Shown: positions 25,201-40,200 of the stretch, piece by piece | Layout: each line of letters begins with the position of its first letter | How positions within the stretch are numbered: position 1 is the first letter of the stretch | Source of the DNA: Raja brachyura | Taxonomy: Eukaryota | NCBI GenBank assembly: GCA_963514005.1 | Contig: OY740810.1 | Coordinates: 24,056,001-24,120,000, forward strand | DNA length: 64,000 nucleotides | Direction of reading: 5' to 3' | The notes under the pieces: generated by a model | The model's database searches: none | The model's input: only the letters and a program-made list of their open reading frames with translations | Told to the model about the DNA's origin: nothing | Translations under genes and position numbers: made by a program

Positions 25201-28200
25201 TGACATTGCTGTGTCCCAAACATTATGGTGCCATGAAATGGGGGGACTATGTATAAACACAGCTGTAATTTCTACATGGTGAAACCAAAATGTATAAAAA
25301 TGGCCTTCATTAAAATCTGACAATGTGCACTTTAACCACATGTGATTTTTTTTCTATTACAAATCTCAAATTGTGGAGTAGAGGGGCAAATAAATAAATG
25401 ATGGGTCTTTGTCCCAAATATTATGGAGGGCACTGTAAATCTTTCGCATATTACTAAATATTCCTTTACCTGGGCTGCCAAAGAATCTATCTCTGCGTCC
25501 AATTCAAAATGTCAAAGATTATGTGACTCAAATTTAGATGTGCGGGGGAAGTGTTTTTACACATAGTGGTTGGTTCCTGGAATGCACTACCAGGTGTGGT
25601 GTTGGAAACAAATATGATCGTGGCATTTAAGAGGCTTTTAAATAGGGCATACGATATGCAGGGAGTGGAGGGATTTGGATCATGTGCAGAAAGAGAAGAT
25701 TAGTTTAACTTGGCATAGACATTATGGGCCGAAGGGCCTTTTCCTCTGAGACCCATTAGGACATCCACCTATGACCACACCTATGACAACCTATGTCCAC
25801 CCTCGACAAGGTACAACCCTGTCAGTAACAACTGAAGACAAATCAGTCGCCGGTACCTGTTGCCGGTTGACGTAGGTAGTCGCCAATGGAAATCACCAAA
25901 GTCAGCACCGGCGACAACCTACGTCATCCTGGCGACAGCACCCACGTCAGGCTATGATCGTTGGCGTCAACCCCTTGGGCGCTGACTGTCGCCGAAAAGT
26001 TTTGAACATTTCAAAATCCAGTGGCGACCAAAAAAAAGGTACAACTCTTAGGGCGACTGAGGAGACCATACAGGCGACACCCTGGCGACCGCCTAGTCGC
26101 CTAAAAAATCGCCTAAGTGGGACAGGCCCATTATGATATTTTATGATCTGTTCATTGTATTAGATAAATTATAATGCCTGTGATTATCATGTTGTAATTT
26201 CCTTTGAGTAAAACACCACCTCAAATATACATACAAAAACCATTTGCCTACTGGACCATGTGGCCGAAAGCTGAGAAGATTGGAATGGCAAAAGCTGAAG
26301 GGCCTGCGACTGTTGCTATTATAACTAGCGAATTTCACATTAAAATTATCTATTGCCAACTAGCTGGTTCATCCCTACAGTCCGACATGTTTTTTCTAAG
26401 TTATTCAATTTTTGGGGATCTGTATGCCAATAGAGATCTGGGACTTTAAGTTTCCAGCTGGCTTTCCCTAACTTGGAAGGTAATGGTGAGCTGCCTTCTT
26501 GAACGTTTTGTTCTTCTGGTGAAAGCACTCCTGAAGTGTTGAGTAGGGAGCTACAGGACTTTGACGCTGGAGTTCACACCCCCCCCTCCCCCCACAAGCC
26601 TGCATACGTGAGGCGTAAACGCAACTCGCTAACCAGGCAATGAGAGTTTGCGCCTCAAGTATGTAACAAAAGTCTGTAGCTTCCTTTTGCTCTTCTATTT
26701 TCTTTCTTTCTTCACATGTTTAAATTATGTTTTATTTTTAATTGTCTACTGTATGTCGTGTTGTTACTTGCTAGCAAAGCTCCAAGGTAAATTCCTTATA
26801 TGTATTCATGCTTGGCTAATAAAATTTGATATATTTCCAATTCAGGATAGTGTTCAGCTTGGAGGGTAACTTGCACGGATGCCATTCGCCTGCTGCCCAT
26901 GTCTTTGATGAGGGTAGAGATCCCAGATTTAGGAGAAGCCCGTCGGAAGGATGTGTAGGGAATAATTGTACAGTTTCATTGATAGAATACCATTCAAGTG
27001 AGCTGTTTTCTCCTTTGATAACAAGTTAAAAGAAACGCTGGGACACTGTGACAAAAATTAAGCTTTGGGTGTTAATTATATCACATCGAACTGTCCAAGT
27101 GTGATTTGAAACCTGGTTCTCAGAGCTCAGCAGGGATTCTTCCAAACTGGTGTTTTCAGTAGTAATGACATTTCCTGGAAACTAACTGACACCCATCACT
27201 GAGTAACCATTTTTCATGGGTGACCTAGTGGGTGATGACAAACGCCTATCTGTACGTGAGGGAGCTGCATTGATGTTTAATTCTGACCTGGATTCACAAC
27301 CTCTCACATGCACAATGGTGCTGCTGGCTTATGAGCAGAAATGGAAATGTTGCCAAAATGTTCATGCTTATTCCAGCATTGACACCGATGACGGTTTAAT
27401 ATCGGTGAACTGGGTCGTATTAAGTGATTTATTATGAGGAAGAATCAATTCTCGGGCTTGGTCTGTCCAAATTACTACTATCTAGTAACTTTATGGAAAT
27501 TACACGGTCCGAGAATATAACTTCAAAATGTAAATTCTAAGAACTGTAAAAAACTTGTTTAAAGGTCACAGTTATTTATAAACATGTTAGTTTTAGCATT
27601 CAGAGCTGCTTATGTAAACATTTTTGCAAAGGTCAATGATAGTTACATGCTAGTATACATAACTGCAACTTTCAGAAGAGAATCACTGTGGGTAAACTGG
27701 ACATTTTATTTCAAATTAACATTAAGTAACCTCTGCACAATAAAATAAAATATATTAACTTATATACAATACAACACATTATATTTTATTGTTGTTAAAT
27801 GTCTTGTATTTTAAACTAAAAGCATTATATTGTTTTATAACTTGTTGAAACTACGTCAAAATTGCAACCAGATAGTCACAACATATACACAAACTGAACC
27901 TCTTTAATCCAGCAACATTATAGTCATCGAATCAGCTAGGCATCTTTAACTTACTCAGCAGCAGATACAAATTGGTTAAGATGACCATCATTCTCATCAA
28001 GTACTTCCCGTGTCCGAGCTTCACCTGTGGACTGCAATCCTATAACAACGCACTGGAATGGATAAACAGTAAAGTGCAATTAGGTCATGGTGAAGATTGT
28101 CTGCACATTTAAAGTCACTTCCCACAGTCCTCAATGTAGGCAAGTGGACTCCACAGACCCCAATGCAGGCAATGTAGGCAAGTCCGCAATGTAGACAAGC

Positions 28201-31200
28201 CATTCCGGTTGTTCCTGCCCAATGTGTATCCATTAGTTGGAAGCTCCTTCAGGGAAGCACAGGACTGGATCTATTCTTTGGAAGGCCTCTGATACATTTA
28301 TTTGAATCCTCCAGACTGAGATCTATTTTTGTGAGGTGAGGGCTTGAAGATATAGGAATCAAAGGCCAATGAATTGATGTGGTGCAGATTGGCTGTAGCC
28401 TAACTAAATACTGGACTGAACATGAACAATTGAATGGGTACTTGTATCCCTACAATCAAAGAGATAATATGAATAGTATCTACAATGTTCATGACGGAGG
28501 GAATCCTACTGTTATCAGGCAACTGAACACCTAGAGAACAGTCCTGAACTGCTACCTACTTCATTGGAGACCCTCGAACTACCTTTGATCGGATTGCACT
28601 GGCTTTTTCTTTGCACTAAATGTTATTTCCGTTAGCATTCATCTGTGAAAAAGCTTGATTGTAATCATGTATTGCCTTTTCAGACTGGTTAGAACGTGAC
28701 ATAAGCTTTTCACTGTACCTCGGTGCATGTGACAATAAATAACCTAAACTAAATAAACTAAACTACTGTGTCCCCATGCGTAAGCAAAATGCAATTAAAT
28801 ATTGATTATCTTCTATGTTAAAAGTAGAATGTGTAGCAATGTTATAGTCCACAAACGTTACAAAATATAGCCAATGAAAGGCGCATGTTCATATTATTCA
28901 GGAGAAGCACACATCCTTGCATTTACTAGATTCTCCATCAATTACAAAACCATATCCATTTGTGTCAATAAGATTTCCTGTACAAATCACATGGTACATC
29001 AACATCTGTAGACACTCTTAGTGGGGAAGAATTGATTTCATTTGAACTGATTTATTGGTATAATTCTGCCATGCAGAGCTACATATCTTGGTCATTTTGA
29101 TTCTCCTCTGTCCATTCACTATTGGTGCTATGCATAAAAATTACTATGGACATATTTACATAAACATGATTGAAAGGTTCCAACACGTTCTATTCAAAAA
29201 TAGAAGTCAATCATTTTAATGTGCAATTTACATGAAACAATGAGCCAACTTGAAAAAGAAAGTGCCCTCTCACCTTGCCTTTCTGCATTTCTTGTCTGCC
29301 GATGTCTACTAAACGTCTAACTTTGGCAGCAATACATAGATACTTGAAGAAGCGTTGATGTGCAGACCAAAACTGTCCCCAGAGAGATTTTCTCGACTCC
29401 AAACCAATTAATTCTGCTGCATGTTGAAATATATTCATTGCGTCAGCCCACTAAAAAAAGAAAACCCATTTAATTAAAGTAAAAATATAAATACACACAA
29501 CAATTGTCTGCTTTATTTCAGGAACAGAGCAACACATACTATTGTGAACCATCTTTGCCATCAATAGTCTTGATGTCAAGTCAAGTGATTTCTACATGAT
29601 TACCAAAACCAAAGAATCTGGGAAAGAATATGCTTTTATTAATTCAAGATATTCCTTCAACAAGCAATTTTTAGTTGCATGTTCTTGCAATTTGGAAATG
29701 ATAATGAATATCTTGTACAGTTCTTAAATGTAACATGAATATATTGAATAATTAAGTATTGCTTCATAACGCAAGATGCAGTCACAGACTTCTGGGACAA
29801 TGATATGCAATATGCTTACTTTCTCTACTGACAAATAAAAATGTTGGAATTAGTAAGTTTCTAACAAACATGTAATTTGATGTTTCCTTTGCTTTACATT
29901 AAAGTTTGACGTATCTGGGCTGTTTCCCCTTACCCTCTCTTGTTTGAGAACAACAAACCAGAACCACAAAATATATTTGGGCTTGGATTAGACATGTGGC
30001 TAATTGAGAGAATATGGGAATTTTCAATGCAAAAGAATTATAGAATTCATCACTGAAAATACAATGCTTGACATTCCCCACCAGCTGAGAGACAGTTGTA
30101 GCCTTGGCAGAAGGTTGAGGAAAATTGGTTGCGAATTCTCAATCTGGCAATGACTATAATAATGCCTCAGGGTTCAAATTTAGCTAACAAGATGGTCCGT
30201 AGATACATATTTTCTTTCATCTTTACTACAAGCACAGGAAAATCATGCAATTAATATAATCTCTGGCATTAAACATTGCTGCAGGGCAGTGGAAATGGTT
30301 AAATCCAATCTGTCAATTCACTTTATATAATTGATTTCAAAAAACAAAAAGTTAATGTATTTTTTAGATTATGTTGCAAATGTCAATATATCTCACAATG
30401 AGGCAAACAGAAAACAGCAATGCTGCTCTCACCCACAACAGTCAACCCGGAAAATCATAAAATGGCCTCACCCTCCAAGTCAATAACCTTCCGCAGAGAA
30501 AATAGAACGAATTTTTGAATCAACGGGACAGGCAATCAAAATTCCCGTGCTTGGAAAATCCAGCCTGTTATGCCCCAAAACAAGCTCCCTTTCAAATTCA
30601 TATTGAATCTATTTTCTGCCCCAGTCAGTTCTTCCACTTGGTGAAGACGACATGCTGTGCAAAATATCACGGCTCACAGCTCAAATCAGTAAACAAACAC
30701 CCACATTGATCAATCAATCATTGTCTGCAATGAGTGCAGGTGAAATATAACCCATTAATAAGAAGGAAGTTAGCGTTAGTTAATAAACAGATCGATAATA
30801 GTTGTGTTGTTTAGATGGTTTGTTCAGGAATGTGGAATATTTTCCCCCACTTAATGATGAAGCATACAAATTCAGTCGTGCCAAATGTTGCAGTCACACC
30901 GCTATGAGTATAATTTTCATCTTCCAGGTTGGGTGATAATTGTTTGCTCTATTTAATTTAAATATCAAATTAAAATTATGCAGATTTCATTCTTTTAGTT
31001 TACTTGATGAAGATGAAAATGACTCCAAATCTTCTAGTTTTGGTAATCACAAAATACTGATGGTACTGTATATCTGATCAGTTTGGATAGCACACAAAAG
31101 AAAACTTTTCATTGTACCTCAGTACAAATAACAATAATGAACCTAAACCTTGAAGTATTACAATTTAGCATGGTTATCCAAATATATTCTGAAATTTATA

Positions 31201-34200
31201 CTTTATAAAATCAAAAATGTGAAATATTTGTGAAATAAGTTAAACTCCTTACCAGCACAGCTGCTTTGTTGTACACAAGTTTGAAACTTTCATCAAGAGG
31301 TATTTCTTCTATTCTGAATGTTACTCCAGCAAAACTTAGTTGCCGCGCAATATACATGCCGCTAACTTTCATATCCATAGCAACAATTTCCATTGCACCA
31401 ACACCACTAAAAAATAATGGAAGGTGTTAGGTCATTGTCAATTTGTACTTAAGATTAAATCCTTTCAGATTGAATACAGATACATTTGGCTGAAGGGTAA
31501 ATGATATTAAATAGTAATGTGAATGAAATAACCCATTTGAAACCATAGGCGATTTTCATTTTTTGCAGAGTTTAAGGTAGAATCCCTCCCCAGTGCACTT
31601 CCATTAACTATGTTTTGTATATTGCACACTGGTGAAGTGAATGACAGCCTAGGGCTGTGTGCCTGGGGCAATACAAAGGCCCAGCAGATTGTCTTTAACT
31701 TACAGAACATATTTTTATATTGCTCTCAACTTCAGCCCAGTTAGGGACCTGGTTGCTTTCTGTTTGGACTGATAACACACTATTATAAACTCCACCTCTG
31801 CATTAGGGTTGGGTGAGCTCCGGGCAGAGCCACAGACGGCATTCCTGCAACATCCCACTTACACCCATGCACAGGGTATAGAGCCTTTATGCTTTCATAA
31901 TGAGCAATCTGTGGTAATTACTTCTTCAAAGCAGTAAGGAAGTGTCAGCATGTTTCCTTGCAATTTCTGAATTCCCTTTCATAACCAGCCTTCTATTCTG
32001 GTGGCTTAAAACCATACTCTTGGCTGACAGTACTGTGCATTACCAAGGGGGAACTGGATTGTTGGAAGTGGCATTTTCCAGATCGATGTTAAACCATGTT
32101 CTCACCCCATCTCTCAGTTGGATGTTAAAGAACTAAAAACATAATTCAAAGAAATTCAGAGGCATTCCCTGCAGCTACCAGGACTATAGCTATCCCTCCC
32201 ACCATACCTCTGATAATATTTGCTTCTCTCTCACCGATGCATGTGGGCCCATGATCTATTTTCACATTTCCTAACTTCACTTTAAAAAGTACCAAGCTGG
32301 CTGCAAATTCCTTTAAAAAGAAACAATCAAAACAAGAAATATTTGACACCCAGTTGTGTTTTGATATCATTCTTGGTCCAGAATATCATTTTGTTCAACT
32401 GGGTAACTTAACTTAATTGTTTCATGTTTGCTTTAACATTCCCCTTTGCCACGTATTTAACTAATGTTCCCAAATAAACATATGACAGTGACTTTTTTGA
32501 GTACTCTAACAAGTAATTCTTAGAAATGTGTCAGTTTAGAAATTGTTTTTAATGCTTATGGATAATTACCAGAAAGTATGCAGTAGGCTACTTGTAATAG
32601 AATTCTTCTTCTGATTTATCTTTGGTATGAAACAGTAGCAATACTTTCGTTAAATATTTCCCGTGCTTTTAAATGCCGAGGGCCTCACAAAAGCAAAGTC
32701 CAGTGGTGGGTGTACTTTCATGTTGTTCATCTTATCTTCCTTTGTCGCATTTGTGGGTAGGTTTAGTTTAAACTATCCCATGTTAAGTCATCTTTACATC
32801 TGCATGAAATACTACCACAGAAGGCAGTTCCATAGCAAAATCTAAAGGGCTTATCCGTTTTCATATTGAGATGATTGCGGAGTATATGCCAGCTTTTAAT
32901 GAAGTTTGCAGCAAACTTGTTATTTGCAGAGTGTTGCACAAATGTTTTGTTGTGTTGCTTTGCACAGTCTTCATTTTTTTTTAAGTCAAATTGTGTATAC
33001 TTTTTTGTGTAATTTATTTGTGTTCTTGGAGTGCACGAGCCTGCAATGTTGCCGCAGGCAAGATTTTCATTGTACTCATTCCTCACCGTACTTGACAATA
33101 AACTCAACGACCTTACTTGACGATTGTCAAGGCCAACTGTGATAGCAACCGGGCGAGTTCACTGTTGTATACCAGACTAACATCACCACCAGTGTCCTTT
33201 TCAGCTGCCTCCTCACAGCACCCAAACAGCATTCTGTCCATCGAGAGAGAGTGGACATGATTTTCACCCATGAAACATGACCTTACACAACCTCATTAAA
33301 GCCTACAAATCCATCAGTTCAGACAGACAGTGCAACAACCTCTGCAAAATCAGCTGCTCACAAAAATTCCTTTCCACTTTACTTTCACTGCATGGCACGC
33401 ATACCATGTACTGACCAATGGATCACCAACTGAGGTAATCTCAGTGAAGACTGACATCGAACAAGGCAAAATTACTACACCTCTCTCACCCCATTGTTAC
33501 ACCTCACCTCCAACAACTTTTCCATAGCAGGGAGGTTTACATAATTGATGGGAAACTACTTGACCTGTGGCAACAACTCTCCAGAACCAAGGTCACCCAA
33601 ACCTTGATGCCCAAGTAGCTATATACAAATGATGCATGTGTTCATGAATGCTTTGGAACCCAAATCAACAGCGACACGTTCACTGAGAAAATGGATATTG
33701 CACGCAACATCCACAAGATAAAGGTCTTCCATCAACCAGTAGAGATTCACAGCCAGACCCTGGAAACGGTGACCATTTCACACAATTTGGGAGATAATTC
33801 TCGGTGAACGCAGATTTTTGGCAAATAAATTCACCAACCATCGGCGGCCCAATGGGTGGGACAGTGGTGCAGTAGAGTTGCTGCCTTACAGCACCAGAGA
33901 CCCAGGTTCGATCCTGGCTCCGGGTGCTGTTTGTACGTTCTCCCTGCAACCTCGTGGGTTTTCTTCAGGTGCTCCGGTTTCCTCCAAGGTCATGCAGGTT
34001 TGTAAGTTAATATGCTTTGTTAAAAATGGTAAAATTGGCCCTCGCGTGTAGTGCTAGTGTACATGGGCGATTGCTGATTGTCCCGGACTTGGTGGGCCGA
34101 AGGGATTATTTCTGTGCAGTATCTCTAAAGTCTATGGTCAATGCACCAACACAGGCTGTTTGAGGAAACTGTTATCTAAAGTTCAAGACTTCATACCTTA

Positions 34201-37200
34201 CATAAAACCTGTATGTACTTAACAACAGTGCTTCATGCCCTCTCAATTGCTTTTAAGACCTGGAGCACCTCAAGACACTGCAGAAAAAACACCAGTGCTG
34301 ACGCTGGAAAATCCTCCAAATTCATTGCAAGGATAAGTGATCCATCGTCAATGTTCTCTCCCAGGCCAAAATCCACTGCATTGAGGAACTTATTACTCCA
34401 TTGGCTACTCTGGACAGGCCACATTATGTGTATATTCAATACTCTGATCCTCAACAGATACTCAACTCAAGCTCTGTTATTGGAAGGCATTATCTGATAG
34501 AGGGAATGAATCAATATGTGTTCAAAGGCATCTTGAAGGAATGCAACACTCACTGATTCCTCAGAACCATTACCACTCGAAGTAGCGAAAATTCAGATTT
34601 TAGAGTCAAAAGCACACTTTGAAAGCCCGTGGAGAGAGTGCACCATGTCACAAACTACCTACGTCTCATCAGGCACTCGCTACCCCATATGAAGAAGAAT
34701 CTGTAGTTCCACAGGGCCTCATTAGCCACCTCAGAAGGTACTGAACTAGAGTGGAAACAGTTATCTTCAATCCCAAAGAACTGCTGAAGATGACGTGACC
34801 AAGAAATAATTTCCACTCAAAATATTTCCGAAGAGCCGAATCCTGCAAGTCTGTCTGAAGAAAGGTCTTGACCCAAAACGTCACCCATTCCTTCTCTCCA
34901 GAGATGCTGCCTGTCCGCTGAGTTACTCCAGCATTTTGTGTCTATCTTCCTCCTGCAAGTGTCTTGGAACTGAAATATACCATTATGTTGCCAAACATCC
35001 AAAGTAATTGAACTAAATATATTACAATTAAAAGCACAGCATGATGTGCTCATCTGATCTCCATAGCCGCAATTGTTACTTTTAGATAATAATTTCCACT
35101 CATCTCCTCTAGTGAAGCAAAAAATCTAAGGGGTCTCCCCATCAAATGTCAATGATAAATAAGTAACATAGAATATGCAGAACATTGGGAGTTAATCTGC
35201 ATCTGATGACACAGTTAGTGCGCTGGAGACCGGGGTCCAGCTCCAGAGACCAGGGTCCTGTGTTGGAGGTCATCTCATGCCAGAGAGCGGGGCTCTGTAC
35301 CGGAATCTCCCTCATTAAACAGAAAGATTAATTTAAACATCAATGATATGCCCAAAATATGTAACCCAACTGGTACAAAGTTCTCCTCAAATGCCGGAAA
35401 CTTTGAGTTAGCTTTCATTTTAATTACAGAAAATATATGGTTCAATGGTGCTTTATTGTCACATGTGCAAAGTGCAAACGCACAGTGAAATGCTTTTCTT
35501 ACACAGCCCAGTCTAGTATACCACCCCCTGATTAGCAACGGTACAGAAATAGTCTACTGATTTGGCACATTATCGTGCCATTTGTCTAAAAATACTCAGC
35601 TGGTCGGGCGGCATGTGTGGGCGGAGAAACTGGGTTAACATTTCAATAAACTTTCATCACAGCAAAGCAGATTGGACCGAGGTTTTATAAAATGCACGGA
35701 GTACAATATCTAGCAAAAAATATGATAATGCTATGGGAAATAAAACCAGTGTAGAGTTTCATTTCTTTACATTAGAAGGAATATGGAAGAAGGAATGATA
35801 GCAAAGGGACACAAGCGTAATTTGACTGGTAAACTGAACAAGAGATGAAAAATGTTTTGTGTAGGAAGTAATTCTGAATTACTTCTCATCCTTTCTTATC
35901 GCAGAGGGCGCCATGTGGCCCATTCAGTTGTTGCAAGCTTGCAGATGCAGAACATTCCCATTGGTCCTATTTCCTATGCATCTCTGTACAAGCTATTTTC
36001 TCTTCCATGTCCATTAACATATTTACCCCCAACTCCTCTTCCTCCCACTTACATTTAGAATCTATCATTTGCATAGTAGTGTACAATGATAGGAGAAACC
36101 ACAAGAGAAAATTCAGATAATTACTTGAAGGGGGAAAAAAAGTGCAATGAAAAGAGCGCAGTAAAGCACCAGTTGGACTGCCATTCAGAAAAATTGTCAT
36201 GGTTAGACACAAAATACTGGAGTAACTCAGTGGGTCAGGCGGCATCTCTGGAGAGAAGAAATGGGTGAAGTTTCGGGTTAAGACCCTTCTTCAGAGTGAA
36301 GACTTCGATATAAACCAGCGTCTGCAGTTCTTTCCTACACAGAAAAATTGTCATTATCTTTAAACAGGGCAATACGCAATCTGGGTTTACTTTTTATTTG
36401 TTAACATTTTGGTTAAAGCCTTAAACAATAAACTGTTTTGCTAAATGCAGACTCACCGTTTTTCAATAGCACGAAGGAAATCCTCAAACTGAGGGAACGG
36501 CGTGCCTTCTCCCCAAATCCCTAAACGGCACATATATGCCATGTTCTTTGGTTCTGAAGCACCTTCACAAATTAACAAAATATTTTGAACAATGGTTATT
36601 GGATATGTTTTTATTACGATATAACGCAGTGCCCTCCATAATGTTTGGGACAAAGACCCATCATGGATTTATTTGCCTCTGCACTCCACAATTTGAGATT
36701 TGTGATAGAAAAAAATCACATGTGGCTAAAGTGCACATTGTCAGATTAAAAAAAAAGGCTATTTTTATACATTTTGGTTTCACCATGTAGAAATTACAAC
36801 AATGTTTACACATAGTCCCCCCATTTCATGGCACCATAATGTTTGGGACACAGCAATGTCATGTAAATGAAAGTAGTCATGTTTAGTATTTTGTTGCTTA
36901 CCCTTTGCATGCAATGACTGCTTGAAGTCTGCGATTCATGGACATCACCAGTTGCTGGGTGTCTTCTCAGATGATGCTCTGCCAGGCCTGTGTTAGCTTA
37001 TGCTTATTTTGGGGGCTAGTCCCCTTCAGTTTTCTCTTCAGCATGCTCAAATGGGTTAAAAGGCATGCTCAATTGGGTTCAGATCGTGTGATTGAATTGG
37101 CCACTCAAGAATTGACCGTTTTTAGCTTTGAAAAACTCCTTTGTTGCTTTAGCAGTATGTTTGGGATCATTGTCTAGCTGTAGAATGAACTGCTGGCCAA

Positions 37201-40200
37201 TGAGTTTTGAGGCATTTGTTTGAACTTGGTCAGATAGGATGTGTCTATACACATCAGAATTCATTATGCTACTACCATCAGCAGTTGTATCATCAATGAA
37301 GATAAGTGAGCCAGTACTTTCAGCAGTCATACGTGCCCAGGCCATAACACCCCCACCGTCGTGTTTCACAGATTATGTGGTATGCTTTGGATCTTAGGCA
37401 GTTCCTTCTCTCCTCCATACTTTGCTCTTGCCAGCACTCTGATATAAGTTAATCTTTGTCTCATCTGTTCACAAGACCTTTTTCCAGAACTGTGGTTGCT
37501 CTTTTAAGTACTTTTTGGCAAACTGTAACCTTGCCATCCTATTTTTGCTGCTAACCAGTGGTTTGCATCTTGCAGTGTAGCCTCTGTATTTCTGTTCATA
37601 AAGTCTTCTGCGGACAGTGGTCATTGACAAATCCACACCTGACTCCTGAAGAGTGTTTCTGATCTGTCAGATAGGTGTTTGGGGATTTTTCTTTAGTATA
37701 GAGAGAATTCTTCTGTCATCAGCTGTGGAGGTCTTCCTTGACCTGCCAGTCCCTTTGCCATTGTTAAGCTCACCAGTGCTCTCTTGCTTCTTAATGATTT
37801 CCAAACAGTTGATTTTGGTAAGCCTTAGTATTTACTGATGTCACTAATAGTTTTATTCTTGTTTATCAGTCTCATAATGGACTCTTTCACTTCCATTGGC
37901 ACAACTTTGGTTCTAATATTGATAAACAGCAATAAAAGTTTCCAACGGTGAAGGAAAGACTAGGTGCTGAGAGCTCTTTTATACCTGCGTTAAAGAGGCA
38001 ATTATTGTGCACCCGAATAATTACAAGCACCTGTGAAGCCATGCGTCCCACACATTATGGTGCCCTGAAATGGGGGGACTATGTATAAACACAGCTATAA
38101 TTTCTATATGGTGAAACCAAAATGTATAAAAATTGCCTTTATTAAAATCTGACAACGTGCACTTTAACCATGTGTGATTCTTTTCTAATACAAATCTCAA
38201 ATTGTGGAGTACAGAGGCAACTAAATAAATGATGGGTCTGTCCCAAACATTATGGAGGGCACTGTATTTCAGACACACAAAGTAAAAGGCAATCATCCTT
38301 TTGTGGTACATAAGGGTCAAAAGTAGAGGCTGGGAATCGGGTACATAGAAACAATGAGCCGCACAGCTCGTTACAGGCCCTTCATCCAACCCATCCATGC
38401 CGACCTAGTTGACTAACCTAGCCTGTGCCTGGCCATATCCCTCCAAACCTTTCCAGTCCATGTACCTGAGTTTATTTTAAATGTTGTAGCTGTACTCACT
38501 TGTACTACTTCTGACAGTTCGCCCCATGGAAGTACCAGCCTCTGTGTGAACATGTTGCCCCACAGATCCCTTTAACATTTTTTTCCCTCACACCTTAATG
38601 ATAGGCCTCAATCACACCTCACTTCTGTTTATGATAGAAGCAAAGTGCTGGAGTAATTCAGTAACTCAGGCTGAAGAAGGGTCCCGACCCAAAACAACAC
38701 CATCCTTTTTTTCCAGAGATGCGGGCTGACCCGTTGAGTTACTCCAGCACTTTGTGTCTATCTTTGGGATAAACCAGCATCTGCAGTTCTGTAGAATCCA
38801 CTAAATCTCACGACCAAAGTCGCCAGAGTTCTTTGTATCCCCAGTTCTGTTAAACATGAGTGGAAGATCATTCCTTTTTTTCAGTGAGAATGAGTACCGA
38901 AAACAGTGGCCATTCCTTCGCCCTTTAGCCCAGCAGATCTCACTGAAATCTCAAATACCCTTCTTCACTCTCCACCATATCACCAAATTAGTGTAAACTG
39001 AAAATTATCTGACCATGTCACCTGCATTCACATCCATATCGTTAATATAAATAACAACCAAGTGGACCCAGCTCTGATCCCTGTGGTACACTACTGGTTG
39101 CAGGCCTTCAGTATGAAAAATAATTTTTACCACCACCCGCTATCTTCTATCTTGAAGCCAATTTTGGACCTAGTCCTCATCCTGGATCCCATGTGATCTA
39201 ACCATGCGATCTTCAAGATCAGCCTGCCATGAGATACCTTGTCAAAGACCTTGTTTAAGCCCATGTAGACAAAGACTAACGCAACAACCATTTCTCAAGC
39301 TGTCACCTACAACTTTAGATGATTTAGACATTTTTTCTGAACACATTTAACAAATTCTACCTCGTCCAAGCTCTGAGCATTATGGCAGTCCCAGTCCATA
39401 TATAGGATGTTAAAATCTCCCACTATCACAACGCTATTATACTTGCAGTTATCTGTGACCTTCCTCCATATTTCCTGCTCTAATTTCTGATGCTGGGACT
39501 CCTATAATGCAATCCCATCAAAGTGATCTCCTTTTTATGCCTCTGTTCTGCTGATATAGCCTCTCAGGACGAGCCTCCCTACAAATATTCCCTTAAGCAA
39601 CGTCGTGACGTACTCCCACATCAAAAATGTAACTCACCTTCCCTTCTCACCTACCCCTCTATCCTACCGGTGGCATTTGTACCCCAAAATAGTTTTGACA
39701 AATGATAAAACTCCATTCCCAGCTTTGCAACCTGTGCCAGTCGATCAGGGTGATTGAAGAGCAATGTCAGCCTCAGCATGTACTTCAGGCAAGTGCAGCA
39801 ATGTGGCAGTGATTATACTGTAAGTGAACTCAGTCCTGCACCATCCAGCTCACCACATTTATTACAATATTACATTCCATTTAGTGTCTAGCACACCATA
39901 TCAGTTTGTATGGAACATACCTGTTGCACTAGCATAAACAACTCGTGCAGATGGAAGTCTGTTTTGAAGCTCCAGAACAGCCAGACCCGTTTTTGTAGAT
40001 TTGGTACTACCATTCACACAGACGTTTTTTGCCTTGTGACATTCATCAAATACAATCTAAGACACAACAGTCAAGGAAAATCCCAAATTTTCTACCAGAT
40101 TATTCACTTCACGATCAACCCTTTTGTATCTTGTCATAACCTTCAGCATCAGAACCTTTTAGTGAAATAATGTGAACCACAGTGATTGTCATACAGTGTC

